From positions 682,001 to 746,000 of the forward strand of contig BQFW01000009.1 of the NCBI GenBank assembly GCA_020891255.1: 64,000 bases of DNA. Reading direction: 5' to 3'. This DNA is from Entomortierella parvispora E1425. Its lineage: Eukaryota > Fungi > Mortierellomycota. Position numbers and translations under genes: made by a program. Below the pieces are notes generated by a model that saw only the letters and a program-made list of their open reading frames with translations, was not told where the DNA came from and searched no databases. Positions 1 to 10,499 of the stretch are shown in pieces; the stretch's first letter is position 1, and each line of letters begins with the position of its first letter.

Positions 1-720
1 TATGAACTACACGGCCACAAAATCGATGGTCCATTCATTCACTTACCTCTTCCCCCCGTCTCTTTTTGTCTATGACATTATGATATCTAGCTCTACAAGA
101 TCAACCTGGCCCTTTTGCTCCCCTATTCCGGCATCCTGGCTCTCATGATTATCTACCGAACCTCAGAAGTGGATGACCTTACCCAACGTTGCTACATCGG
201 AATTCTTAAGCCCGCGTCCTTGCCCTTGATTCTCTATGACATCTTTTTGTCCTGCTGGTTGACAGGACTCTTTATCCACTCTCTCATGTCCTCGACTTCT
301 TTGCTGCAGGGCCCTTCGAAGGGTAAACTTCGTGATGTCGCTCGTCGGACGTTGTTGGGTTGTCTGATTGCATTGATTCTCAGTTCTGCCAACGTCTTCA
401 CCTTGGTCTACTTCAAGGGCCATGAGCGCGGGTTGATCTGCCTGGCTTCTTGCACAGCCGATGTGACCTTGAACGCCATTACCATCCATTGGGTCACGAA
501 CCGAGGGGGTGGGCAAGGCAACCTTGGAAGTGTGGAGCGTCGATCAGGTGCTCCTCGCCGAGGCAACATGGCTGCGGGAGCTGTCAACAGTGGCTACTTT
601 GGTGTCCACTCGGATAAGCAGGTCGGGCCTGTGGATACCCACTTGTCCGTGACGATCGAATCCTATGTAGAAGAATACCACCAGTTGCACCTGGGTGGCT
701 CTAGTTCTCAAAAGTTTTAG
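1..720 (+). CDS. 3' part of a multi-pass membrane protein (fungal 7TM/GPCR-like hypothetical); gene continues left of the window
   Basis: A GT-AG intron at 29-90 joins ...MNYTATKSM to LYKINLALLLPYSGILALMIIYR in frame. Several hydrophobic segments follow (LILYDIFLSCWLTGLFI; LLGCLIALILSSANVFTLVY; CLASCTADVTLNAITIHWVT). Stop at 718-720. Confidence 0.6.
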
Positions 721-1651
721 GAAACTAAAAAGAACAAGAAAAAAATACCACTCTGTTTCAAAATAGTCATTTTCATCTGCAGCATCCATTTCTACGAACA
801 ATATTAATATTTACTTTTCACAGACACCCTTTATCTCAGCCTCTTCTCTCCCTCACTTTTTTTTTCAGATTCCTGACCTTTGTTTTTTGTTTAGTAGAGC
901 AGAGCAACGTGGGCCAAATGACATGTGCAAGAGCGCTCTCAAAAAATGAGAGAGATTCCAAAAAAGACGGGGGCAGAGCTTAGTTAGTGTAGGTTCCCTG
1001 TCCGTAGTTGATCATAGGGCTCCTGTGATCTCAAGCTCCGCTTGACGGCCAAGGAAATGCGCTGGGGTTCGTGGCCTTAGTTGCTCAGACAAAAAAAAAA
1101 AAAAAAAGAGTACCTGGACATACCTTGACGTCCTCAAGAGTTCCCGCACAGATGCAAGGCAGAGTGACGATACTTTGCCAACCACCCTGGTGGCAAAGGG
1201 GAGAAAAAAAATCACATCAATGCTCTATTTAAAGACGCGTTCTGCAGATTGAGGAACCAGAACTATGGTTTTTTTTGGGGTCAGAGGACCTGATGACGGC
1301 GACCACATGGACCCGGTGACGGATATACTTGTAGACGAACAGGCAGGATTTGGGGCAACAAAACAAGGGGAAGGGGGATGCAGGAGAGAACAACAGAGAA
1401 CAACTTTTTTTTGTTGTTATTTGACCCTTTTGCAGGATGACCGCAAAGTAACCTGCCGCTACTGCAGCCCAAACTCATCGTGGCTTTTTGAATGTGAGGA
1501 CGTTTGGGGGGGGGGGGTTCCGTGCATCTTCGGGCCATTTCACTTGGCACGCGTTTTACTCTTTCTTTTCTTACCATCTTCACCCTCCGCCAATTACACC
1601 ATTCTTGCTCGCTAAATATCTCCTGTTTTCTCTATCGCCCACTCAGAGACC

Positions 1652-3454
1652 ATGCATCAACTTCTCGCCACTGCTCCCGATACCACCCCTACAAAACCGT
1701 GCACCGCCCGCGGTCACCCTAGTTGCATGCGCGGTTTTGTCAGAGATCGCTGTCGAAAGTGTACCTTGGGTTCAAACGCTTGTACCATGTGCCACAACCT
1801 CAACTATGACCGCACCTCCTCCTCATCACCGAGTCCGAATATCAAAAACGGCATCAGCAAGAGGCTAGAACTTCAACAGCGACTTCAAAAGCTTTCCTAC
1901 GATGCTCCTTCTCTCCCCATCTCACACTTTCCTCAACCGCGGCTGAGCTTTGACGTTGAATCATCATCTTCAGATTCTGAACTGGAAACTTTTTCATCTT
2001 CCAAAGACTCGTCTCCTCGAAATAGTCTTCTGGTCGAAGAAGAAGAAGAAGAAGTAAAGGGAAAAGAGAATAGGATCAAGGACACCACAAAAGGAAGCGT
2101 GGCACTAGCCATTCCCAGTCCAACAACCTCGTCCACCCCTGATTCACACAGTCCAACAGCAACAACACCAACTTCACCCACAACCCTCGGATCCACCTCC
2201 CCATTATTATCTTCCTGCACGGGACCCCCCTGGACTTCGCCTCCCTCTTTTTCCAAGGCGTCAGCTGGCCCTGCTTCGTGCATCTTTTGTTTCAATGGTC
2301 GACAGGTCTGTGAGGATTGCTTTGGGCTCGGGTACGTTCAAAGAATTTGCCAGGATTGTTTCAAGGACCACAAAAATCAGCTGCAACAACAACAACCCTC
2401 CTTCCTCTCACCGCAACCCCGTCGTCGCCATGTCCTTTCACTTTCATTGCCATCTACACCTCGAACTTTGTCTTCGCCTTCCTCTGTCTCCCCTACCGCC
2501 TCCGCCTCCGCCACCCCCTCATCCTCAGTCTCCAATGCCCTGTCTTTGCCTTGGTCTGGACTGGGCACAAGATTAAAGGAGCAACGGTGGCTGTCGGGTT
2601 TAAGTTTGAGCGTGGGCGGATCAACTTTGCCTTCGACCAACTCCGAGGCTTCTTCACCAACGTGGACTGAGGTGCTGACTCCCGTGGCGATGGAGGGCGA
2701 ATCAACCTATATACCCCTTCCCCCATCTCCAGCTTCCTTTGAAGAGGACACAACTCTGAAGCGTCTAGAACGCGAGGGAGCAGGCATCGTTTGGGCAGAG
2801 GATGTAAACGATTTTATTCAAACTCCTCGTTCTCCAGACTGGTCTGTTTCCTCGTTCTCTAAAAACCAAGACAAAAGTGATGGCGAGGACAATGACAACG
2901 ATGACGACAGTACCGCTTTCGGAAGAAAGAAGCGACTGCCTCGATCCATCATCACTAGAGCGACCCGACCCTCATCCTGGTCGTCCTCTTCCCCTCCGTC
3001 TGCCATTTCCCCTTCCTCTTTCAAGACTGTGGTCTTGAAGCACCTTAAAGTTCCCGCAACATTGTTCAAGGCAGGTCAGGATACCGAGATAGAGAACAGC
3101 GATGGTGTTAGCAGAGACAACACTGCATTCCTGTCTCCACCACCTCATCAACGAGACTCTCAACGCCGATCCGACCGAGACAAGAGAAAACGGTGGAGCG
3201 TAGGGTTTGCCAACATTAGTCCGTCATGGATCCCATCCTCCAGTCTTGGTGCCTCTACTGCGGGAGAACAAGAAAGGCGGGAGGGGCTTAGCCTCTCCAG
3301 TTCAGGATCATCCTCCACCCAAGAAGACAGCAACACCAACACTGTCAACAAAAGCAGCAGCGAAGATCCAAACAATCCAGCCAAGCGTGGCCACAAGCGC
3401 TACTGGTCTCTATCAGTCATCTCTCCCAATCTCTTTCGTATTTCAAATGATTAA
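1652..3454 (+). CDS. 600-aa Ser/Pro-rich hypothetical protein with two Cys clusters (DnaJ-type CxxCxGxG-like zinc finger)
   Basis: Long uninterrupted ORF. Motifs CTARGHPSCMRGFVRDRCRKC...CTMCH and CIFCFNGRQVCEDCFGLGYVQRICQDC; the rest is low complexity. Confidence 0.7.
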   Translation: MHQLLATAPDTTPTKPCTARGHPSCMRGFVRDRCRKCTLGSNACTMCHNLNYDRTSSSSPSPNIKNGISKRLELQQRLQKLSYDAPSLPISHFPQPRLSFDVESSSSDSELETFSSSKDSSPRNSLLVEEEEEEVKGKENRIKDTTKGSVALAIPSPTTSSTPDSHSPTATTPTSPTTLGSTSPLLSSCTGPPWTSPPSFSKASAGPASCIFCFNGRQVCEDCFGLGYVQRICQDCFKDHKNQLQQQQPSFLSPQPRRRHVLSLSLPSTPRTLSSPSSVSPTASASATPSSSVSNALSLPWSGLGTRLKEQRWLSGLSLSVGGSTLPSTNSEASSPTWTEVLTPVAMEGESTYIPLPPSPASFEEDTTLKRLEREGAGIVWAEDVNDFIQTPRSPDWSVSSFSKNQDKSDGEDNDNDDDSTAFGRKKRLPRSIITRATRPSSWSSSSPPSAISPSSFKTVVLKHLKVPATLFKAGQDTEIENSDGVSRDNTAFLSPPPHQRDSQRRSDRDKRKRWSVGFANISPSWIPSSSLGASTAGEQERREGLSLSSSGSSSTQEDSNTNTVNKSSSEDPNNPAKRGHKRYWSLSVISPNLFRISND

Positions 3455-3721
3455 AATGGGATCTGGGAGTGTTTTCTGTGGTCGTTCGTCGCCCAGTTGG
3501 AATGATCCATCCTCAAACGATCTCTTCACCCATGCGTTGTTTGTTACATTGCCGCAGTGCAAAAAAAAAATCCGATTTTCAGTTTTTTGTCTGACGCGAA
3601 ATGATATGTCAGGCCGCAGTCGAGACTTACAGACACAGCCACATCAACGCGCATCTCTCTCTTTTTTCTCATTTCAGTCGTTGCACTCATCGACTCATTC
3701 TCTTTTCCACCAACAACCAAG

Positions 3722-4765
3722 ATGGCCACTCTTACTTTTCGTCGCATCGAACCTCAAAAGACATCGCCGCGGCCGCTTCCTCGGCAAGGACATGCCTCCG
3801 CCTTTCACAAAGGGACCCTCTACGTTTTCGGCGGCCGAGTGCAAGGCTCTGGACGGATCTACGCCAATGATTTGTGGAAATATGATCCAGTTCAAAACAC
3901 ATGGGAGGAGGTCCTTCCCCAGGATGCATCCCCAAAGCCATGCAAACGACACAATCACTCGTGCGTGGTGAGCGCGGATGCTCTCTATGTGTTTGGCGGT
4001 CAAACGGTATCAAACGCCTACCTGGGCGACCTGTGGCGGTTTGATCTCCTCACTCTTCAGTGGACTGAGATGACCCCATCCCAACCAAGACACTCCCATG
4101 CGGCTCTCATGCATGGGCAATCGATGGTCGTATTTGGTGGGCGGACGGGTCTCGATCCAGCCGTCTACTCGAACGAGATCCTCACTTACAATTTCGACAG
4201 CAACGGATGGACGACGCTCTATCCTAGGCAGGACCAGAGCCCAGCAGCAGAAGTGGCTCCTCATCCCCGCAGCTACACCTCCGTGGTGCAGTGTGGTCAA
4301 CTCTTGGTGGTGTTTGGAGGCTATTATTGGGACGGCAAGGAGCACTATTTTGATGACGCCTACACCTTTTCGTTGAAGAGCCATACGTGGGTCAAAGTGT
4401 CTCCTTTGGGGAATGAGCGTGTTCCTCACCCCCGCAATCGACATGGGGTCCTGTCGTTGCCCACCACGGATGGAAAATCAGAGTCGGGAATGATGATCTT
4501 TGGCGGAAATTTCTACAACAATCGAAGACGGACCGACAAGTTCTTTGAGGACGCCTGGTGGTTCGGCAACACGGCGGATGGATCACTGTCGTCCGGCAAA
4601 TGGAGCAAGGTGCTATTGATCGGAGATGTACCTTGTGCGCGAGGCCATCCTACATGGGTAGCTGATGATCAAGTACCTGGACGTTCATGGATGTTTGGAG
4701 GCGAGGCTAACAGAGAACGGTTCAATGACTTGTTTGAAGTAAAAGCTGTAGCACCAAGGACGTAA
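3722..4765 (+). CDS. Kelch-repeat beta-propeller protein (347 aa, intronless)
   Basis: Repeated kelch motifs: LYVFGG...NDLWKYD...W, LYVFGG...DLWRFDL...W, MVVFGG, LVVFGG, MIFGG, WMFGG. Confidence 0.9.
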   Translation: MATLTFRRIEPQKTSPRPLPRQGHASAFHKGTLYVFGGRVQGSGRIYANDLWKYDPVQNTWEEVLPQDASPKPCKRHNHSCVVSADALYVFGGQTVSNAYLGDLWRFDLLTLQWTEMTPSQPRHSHAALMHGQSMVVFGGRTGLDPAVYSNEILTYNFDSNGWTTLYPRQDQSPAAEVAPHPRSYTSVVQCGQLLVVFGGYYWDGKEHYFDDAYTFSLKSHTWVKVSPLGNERVPHPRNRHGVLSLPTTDGKSESGMMIFGGNFYNNRRRTDKFFEDAWWFGNTADGSLSSGKWSKVLLIGDVPCARGHPTWVADDQVPGRSWMFGGEANRERFNDLFEVKAVAPRT

Positions 4766-4988
4766 AGGACGTAACATCATTTTAGAAAGAAAAAAAGAAG
4801 ACTGAGCCTTTCTCAGAGGTGCTCCTCCAAAAATAAGCTCTTGGTCCAATCTGTGGGCAGCCGATTGACACAGGTAGAAGGGATGTATTACAAGGTGGGG
4901 TCGTATCAACAACAATGCAGCAACTTGCTTCCTCTCAAGAAATCTGAAGATCATGAGGCACGATTTATTCTATCCGACAAAAAAAAAA

Positions 4989-6821
4989 TTACTTGACCCA
5001 GCCCATCAAGTTGGACTGTCGATCCTGAGCATGAACTTCTTCTTGCAGACGGCGTTCCATTTCAAACAGGGCCCTGAACATGTCGACTTCTGATGGGATG
5101 TTCATGTTCACAGAATCAATGACGGTCCGAACTGCGGCCAAGGACTCGGTCGTAGATGGGATTGGTCTGCCCGTCACCTGGTTCATCGCTCCCGCAGCAC
5201 CAGAGGTGGACGAAGTGGAGGGAGTCGAAGAAGTGCCATTGACTGGAGCAGCGGCAGAGGGAGTTCCTGCTACAGGTGAGGATCCGCTTCCAGTGGAAGG
5301 ATGTCCTGACTGAAGCAGCGCATGCTGCAAGAGATCTGTCTCCTGTCGAGTGACCGAAAGAGAAGATAATGCCCTCTCAGTTGACGATATATCCGCTGTC
5401 CGGGAAAGCGAGTCTGCCGAGAGTCCTGATGCAGCTGATGCTGGGGCTGCCGGATGAATTCGATGTGGGTTCAGCACAGTATCCATGGCGCCCTGCACAG
5501 AAGTGGGAGTGGACGGATCGCTGTCTGCTGATGCCGTCAAGGAGACTGCAGCTACTGCTGCTGCTGCTGCCGCGGTTGTAGCAGATGTTGATGATGACGA
5601 TGATGATGGTGTTGATGCAGTCTTGGCGGTCATTCTCTTTCCTCGAGTCTTGCGAGGCACACCCTTGCTCGTCAGCGTGAACGGGGCCAGTCCGACCGAG
5701 GACGAAGATGATTCACCAGCAGTATGTGCTATTGAGCGACCATGTTCTGCATCTGTGCTCCTCTCTCCAGCGGTATTCTCGTCTTGATCGTCCATCTCGT
5801 GGTCTACCAACATATCATGGTTGTCGCGCAACATCCTGTTAGCCAGTCCTTGTTCTAGCAGCGAGGCATTGCTCGAGAACGGTGCTATCCCGGGCGGCAA
5901 GACCCTTGAGCCGATATTGTTGCTGTTGCTGCTACTGGCGTTCCCATTGGTGCTGCTTCCTGCAACAGTATCCACGTCCATGTCCATCTTTGAATCTGCG
6001 CCAGCATTCTCGCTGCCTTCCCCCTCGTTTTCTCCTTCGCCACTATTTTGACCCAAGATGTCCATGAGTCGAGCACTCTCCTCCATGAGCGAGGCCATGG
6101 AGACCGTCCCAGGGGCGTTCAAAGCCGTGCCGATAAACATGTGTCGCTTTGTAAAGCCAGAGACCCAGCCGTTCGAGAAGCTCGGGGTCTCGGTCTCCTC
6201 TCTCCCAGGGATACTCCGGATATATTCCGCCATCTCTCTGGCCTTCTCGATAATCATCTTGTAAGAGACATGGAGGTTCCTGGCCTGACACTCATGGACC
6301 CAGACCACCAAGGCGTCCTCCAGCTCTAGACAGAGGACTGCTCGCTTACGTTGGGCTTGCAGCTCGGGCTCCGTCATGGCGTTGTACCAGTCTTGTTTGG
6401 CTAAGATCCGAGAAAGGGTTCCCATGGCTGGTTTCCGAGCCAGATTAAACTCTTCTTGAGCCCAGATCCCGAGGTCCTCCAGTGTGAGCTCAGGGTTGGA
6501 GTGCCGCTTTCGACAGATCTCTTTTCGGTAGGCGTTCGTGAGGATGACGTTCCGCCCTGTAGACCGAGGTCCTGGCATTATGGTGGCCCGAGCGGACCGA
6601 TGGTGCCTTGGAGAAGCAGGCGGACGAGGTGGCTGCACTGGTAACTCCTGAGCAGGAGCAGTAACCGCTCCAGAAGTGGCCAGGGGTGGATCTTCATGCT
6701 GAATGACCAGGTGCTGTGAACGCAATGGGTCCATCGGGGTCATGGAGGCATAGCCAGTAGCAAGGTCTTCCTGCGGTGCTTGGCTCTGACCTTTGGTCTG
6801 GGAAAGTCGTCTTGGTGGCAT
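4989..6821 (-). CDS. CENP-B/Tc5 (pogo-derived) double-HTH DNA-binding protein without a recognisable DDE domain
   Basis: HTH1 is LTNAYRKEIC...LTLEDLGIWAQEEFNL...TLSRIL. HTH2 is RKRAV..LELEDALVVWV...VSYKMIIEKAREMA...FSNGWVSGFTKRH. Low-complexity sequence and a short C-terminal helical segment follow. Likely ATG at 6821 (MPPRRLSQ). Confidence 0.8.
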   Translation of the reverse strand: MPPRRLSQTKGQSQAPQEDLATGYASMTPMDPLRSQHLVIQHEDPPLATSGAVTAPAQELPVQPPRPPASPRHHRSARATIMPGPRSTGRNVILTNAYRKEICRKRHSNPELTLEDLGIWAQEEFNLARKPAMGTLSRILAKQDWYNAMTEPELQAQRKRAVLCLELEDALVVWVHECQARNLHVSYKMIIEKAREMAEYIRSIPGREETETPSFSNGWVSGFTKRHMFIGTALNAPGTVSMASLMEESARLMDILGQNSGEGENEGEGSENAGADSKMDMDVDTVAGSSTNGNASSSNSNNIGSRVLPPGIAPFSSNASLLEQGLANRMLRDNHDMLVDHEMDDQDENTAGERSTDAEHGRSIAHTAGESSSSSVGLAPFTLTSKGVPRKTRGKRMTAKTASTPSSSSSSTSATTAAAAAAVAAVSLTASADSDPSTPTSVQGAMDTVLNPHRIHPAAPASAASGLSADSLSRTADISSTERALSSLSVTRQETDLLQHALLQSGHPSTGSGSSPVAGTPSAAAPVNGTSSTPSTSSTSGAAGAMNQVTGRPIPSTTESLAAVRTVIDSVNMNIPSEVDMFRALFEMERRLQEEVHAQDRQSNLMGWVK

Positions 6822-7149
6822 GGGTGTCTTGGGTTTCGTCGCGCCCTGGCTAAATGAGTGATGGGTGGCAGATGAGTGGGGAGACAGGAGACGAATGGAG
6901 GGATGTTCCGAATCTGGAGGGTGGTCCTGCCGACTGGTGGACTGATCACGTGATTTTTCCTTTTTTTTTTGGGTGGTCGTGCCGTGCTTCGTCGCTTTTG
7001 GCAGGGCTGAATGACCATGCTCGCCAGTTCGCAGTTTTGACAAAAAAAATCGACGGCCAGTAGAATGAGGATTAAAGAATATCCTCTAAAGAAATGTGGC
7101 AACCAAGACGATAAAGGTCGCGTCTTCACTTTCAGGCTGACAAAGGGTC

Positions 7150-9248
7150 GCCTTTTCACTCTACTGAATGAATTCCACGGCGCGCTCCTCATCTCCATAA
7201 AACCGGCTTGGGTACCAATCGAACACTATAAAGTGTTTTTCAAAGCGACGAGCGACATTGGCAAGCACAACCGTGATGAATCTAACCACGAGGAAATCCA
7301 GTGTAAGGAGGGGGAGGTTGGTTGTGAAGAACGACCACGCAAGGAACATGTCAGAAAAATGTAATAGATAGAGTAATGGAGGGATGAGGTGAGGATGGAC
7401 AACGAAAAAAGAGGAGACGGGTGTGCGGAAGATTGGGTGTTGTTATGATCTTGTGGATGGTAAAGGGCTGCCAGTGAGGAGTGAGATTATTACACCCTAA
7501 AATTATGGAAAAGGCACCGTATGTTGTGCGGGGAGGTGCATGACATACACGTATGGTCATCTCATTGATTGAGTCTTTCTTTCCTTTTGGTTCCCCAAAT
7601 GTGGGACCAGGTAGACGGTACAGTGAATGCGGTGAAGAGGAAAATCAACCCAATTGTTATGATACCCAAGGGCGAAAAGGTGAAGGGTGAATGGGCAAGA
7701 GTATGAACGGTGAGTGAGTACAGGTGCAAAGTTGGGGATCATATGGCAGAGTTTTAAACGTCCACAATTTGATGGAACATCTTCCTTATTGCTCAATGAC
7801 ACGACGCAAGATGTCTTTTTAATAGTTCAGAGGGTGTGCATGCTCTTGTTTTTTGTTGATATCATTGAAGAAAAGCTCTCCGCCAGGGATGCCAACAACT
7901 GTTCGGCCTCTTGGTCGTGCAACAGGTCCAGCGTTCCCTCTGGGGAAAACCTTGACCTTATGTTCTCTAGGATCTTCCCTGATGGAGACACAAGGTCCTG
8001 GGGCCCCAGATCCTCCATCCTGAGGATGATCCCACCCCCTGTCTCCCTCGACCGTAACCACATCGTGTAGAATATCGATGCGTTTGGCACACCCCGGAGC
8101 GAGAGCGTAAAAATGGTGACGGGCATTTGGGAGAGGGCGCTGCACCCCAGCAGGCCTGCTCTTCGGGTGGTATAGGTTGCCTTGTGCCCAAAGTGGGACC
8201 GAACTTGTGCGAGTCCCAAGACATCCTCGGTCAAAAGGCCCTCCTCCTGCCGAGCCTTCGATATGAGCAACTCTGACCGCTCAAGGATCGGGAATCTACC
8301 ACATCTCGAAGGCCCGATCTTGATGCGACCATCGTGTTCACCGGCGGTAATGAGGTAGTTACGGGATCGCACGCCGATGATGAGGCGAGGGTTGCCATGA
8401 CCGTCGGAAAGGTGACGCATCTTCAGCCTTCCTGGATATTGGGTGGTTTTCGCGTTGGTGGGTACACTTGATGGATTCGCCGTCAGAGGTTCTGCATGTG
8501 GGTCTTTTCTAGGGTCACGGCAGTACCCCTCGATACACCGAATAAGGAGACATGAGGCGTCGGTTTTGATCATTGCTCCTACCAAGCGTTCAAGCGCATA
8601 AATACCGCCTCCTTCTAAGCACTTGATGTCGTCCTCACTTGGCCGAGCGTGATTCTCCGAGATGGCCATGCTTGACTGACTAGCAGGGTCGTTGTCACTT
8701 AGGCTGATCTTTTGTACCAAGTATCCAAGCTGTATGACTTCACGCAGCTGTGATTCTGACAGGTCCGGAGTAGTGACCCCGAATGTCCCAAAGTCCTTCC
8801 GGTGCTTTGCGACAATCTGATAAGAACTTGACCGCATAGCTTTGACAGTAGATCGAACAACGTCCAGAGGCCGATCTCCACGTATTTCTTGTAATAGTTC
8901 CTGTGTCGGTCTTCTTGGAGTAATGGGTGTTTCATCGGCATCGGATGAATCCTCTCCACTCTCCTCTTCAGATTCTGGATCGGGCGAATCGTGCTTTCGT
9001 CTTTTGCCCTTGGCTGCAGCACTCATGATTCCTGACTCTGCGGCCTCCTCGTCGTGAAGAGCATAGTGACGACGGGCAGAGCGTCTCGCCATGCCCCGGC
9101 TACATTCAGGGCATCTGACTTGCCATATCTTTGGATCAACTCCGTCCTCAGGGATTCCCAAAAAGACCACAGAGTTCCCTGCCCCATATCTTATGCGACA
9201 ATCCCCTGCCTGGATCGGGAAGGACACGAAGGAAACAAATGCATTCAA
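7150..9248 (-). pseudogene. Degenerate hypothetical gene with an N-terminal C2H2-like finger, possibly mobile-element-associated
   Basis: 473-codon ORF containing CPECSRGMARRSARRHYALH and an acidic tract. The same frame resumes after a single in-frame stop near 7827 (ORF 7557-7802) and then fragments further. Confidence 0.4.
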
Positions 9249-9448
9249 TGAGTAACAATGCTTTGCTCATTTCCGCTTGTCTTATGGGACATCAACTACA
9301 TCAACTCACCTGAATTTCACCCATGCTTACGATCCAATAGAGTGGATAGCACGAATGCAGGAAGTACGAGGGCACAGAGAGAAAGCAGCGCGGATCAGTG
9401 AAATATTGAAATCGCGTATATTTATCACGTGATTAATATTCTCGCGTG

Positions 9449-9620
9449 CGGTCCGCATGCACAACTGTGATCTGCGCTCTTGCATGTGACGCCACCAATC
9501 TTTTCACTGTAATCTGTTTTCCAGCGGTCCACATGCACAACTGTGATCTGCGTTCTTGCATGTGACGCCACCAATCTTTTCACAGGCACCCACTGTGATC
9601 TGTTTTCCTGCTGTCCACAT
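9449..9620. repeat. Direct repeat, ~76-bp unit, about 2.2 copies
   Basis: CGGTCC(G/A)CATGCACAACTGTGATCTGCG(C/T)TCTTGCATGTGACGCCACCAATCTTTTCAC occurs at 9449 and 9525. Copy 2 carries a ~10-bp insertion, and a partial third copy starts near 9611. Confidence 0.9.
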
Positions 9621-10499
9621 TCTCACATGCAAAAAGAAATTCTGACCCACCTCTTCGTCAGTAAAAGTCTCGCGGAGGGGTGTCTATTCTAGTGCCAAGC
9701 TTTTGTGGATCGCTGTATCACCGTGTTAATGTCATTCCGTTGCACATACTGGACCCGATGCGCAACATTCCATGGCGAACGGTGGAGATAGTGGCGCCGC
9801 TGACCCACTCCATGGTTAGGACCCTCCAGACTAAATGACAACCAGCAAACTGTCGTGGATTTGCCTCATAAAAAATGCAATGGGGAGATTGGGGGAAGTT
9901 GTCTTTGCCCCGTACTTCTTTCCTACTATATCGTCGCCTCTGCTTTTGCTATACGGACATTGGTTCCATACGAGCAGGCGAGAACCCTTTTAGGAGGCCC
10001 GGAAAAGAACACAGATACAACCCACAGAGCCTTTATTTCACGAAGATGAGCTCTTTTGGCTCAGGCGACGAGCAAGAGAAACTTGATCTCGAAGAGAATG
10101 CGCCCGCAGGGACCAGCTCAAACTTTCAATACCTAGGGCGTGGGACAGCACAGACGGGGGCTGCTGGTACCACCAGAGCGTCTTTCGAACACGATCAGCC
10201 CAGGCCCTTCTACACCCGAAACGCAGCATTTCCTCCACAAAGTGCACGTCACGTGCCATTTGAGTCCATCGCTGCGCTTGTGAGGCAAGTCTGCCCTGAA
10301 CCCTCTGGAGCAATTGGGGCTGGCTCAATGGAAAAAATAAAATATAAAAACAATGATATTTGTTTTCTCCTCTTTTTTTGTTTTTTCCTTTCCTTCCTTA
10401 TCCTTTCCCACCCCTTCAGCCCGTCCCTCATCCACTAGCCCGCCGCAAGTGTCAGTCAGTCTTCTCAAGCACCATCAAGTAAAGGCAGATCATACAAGC

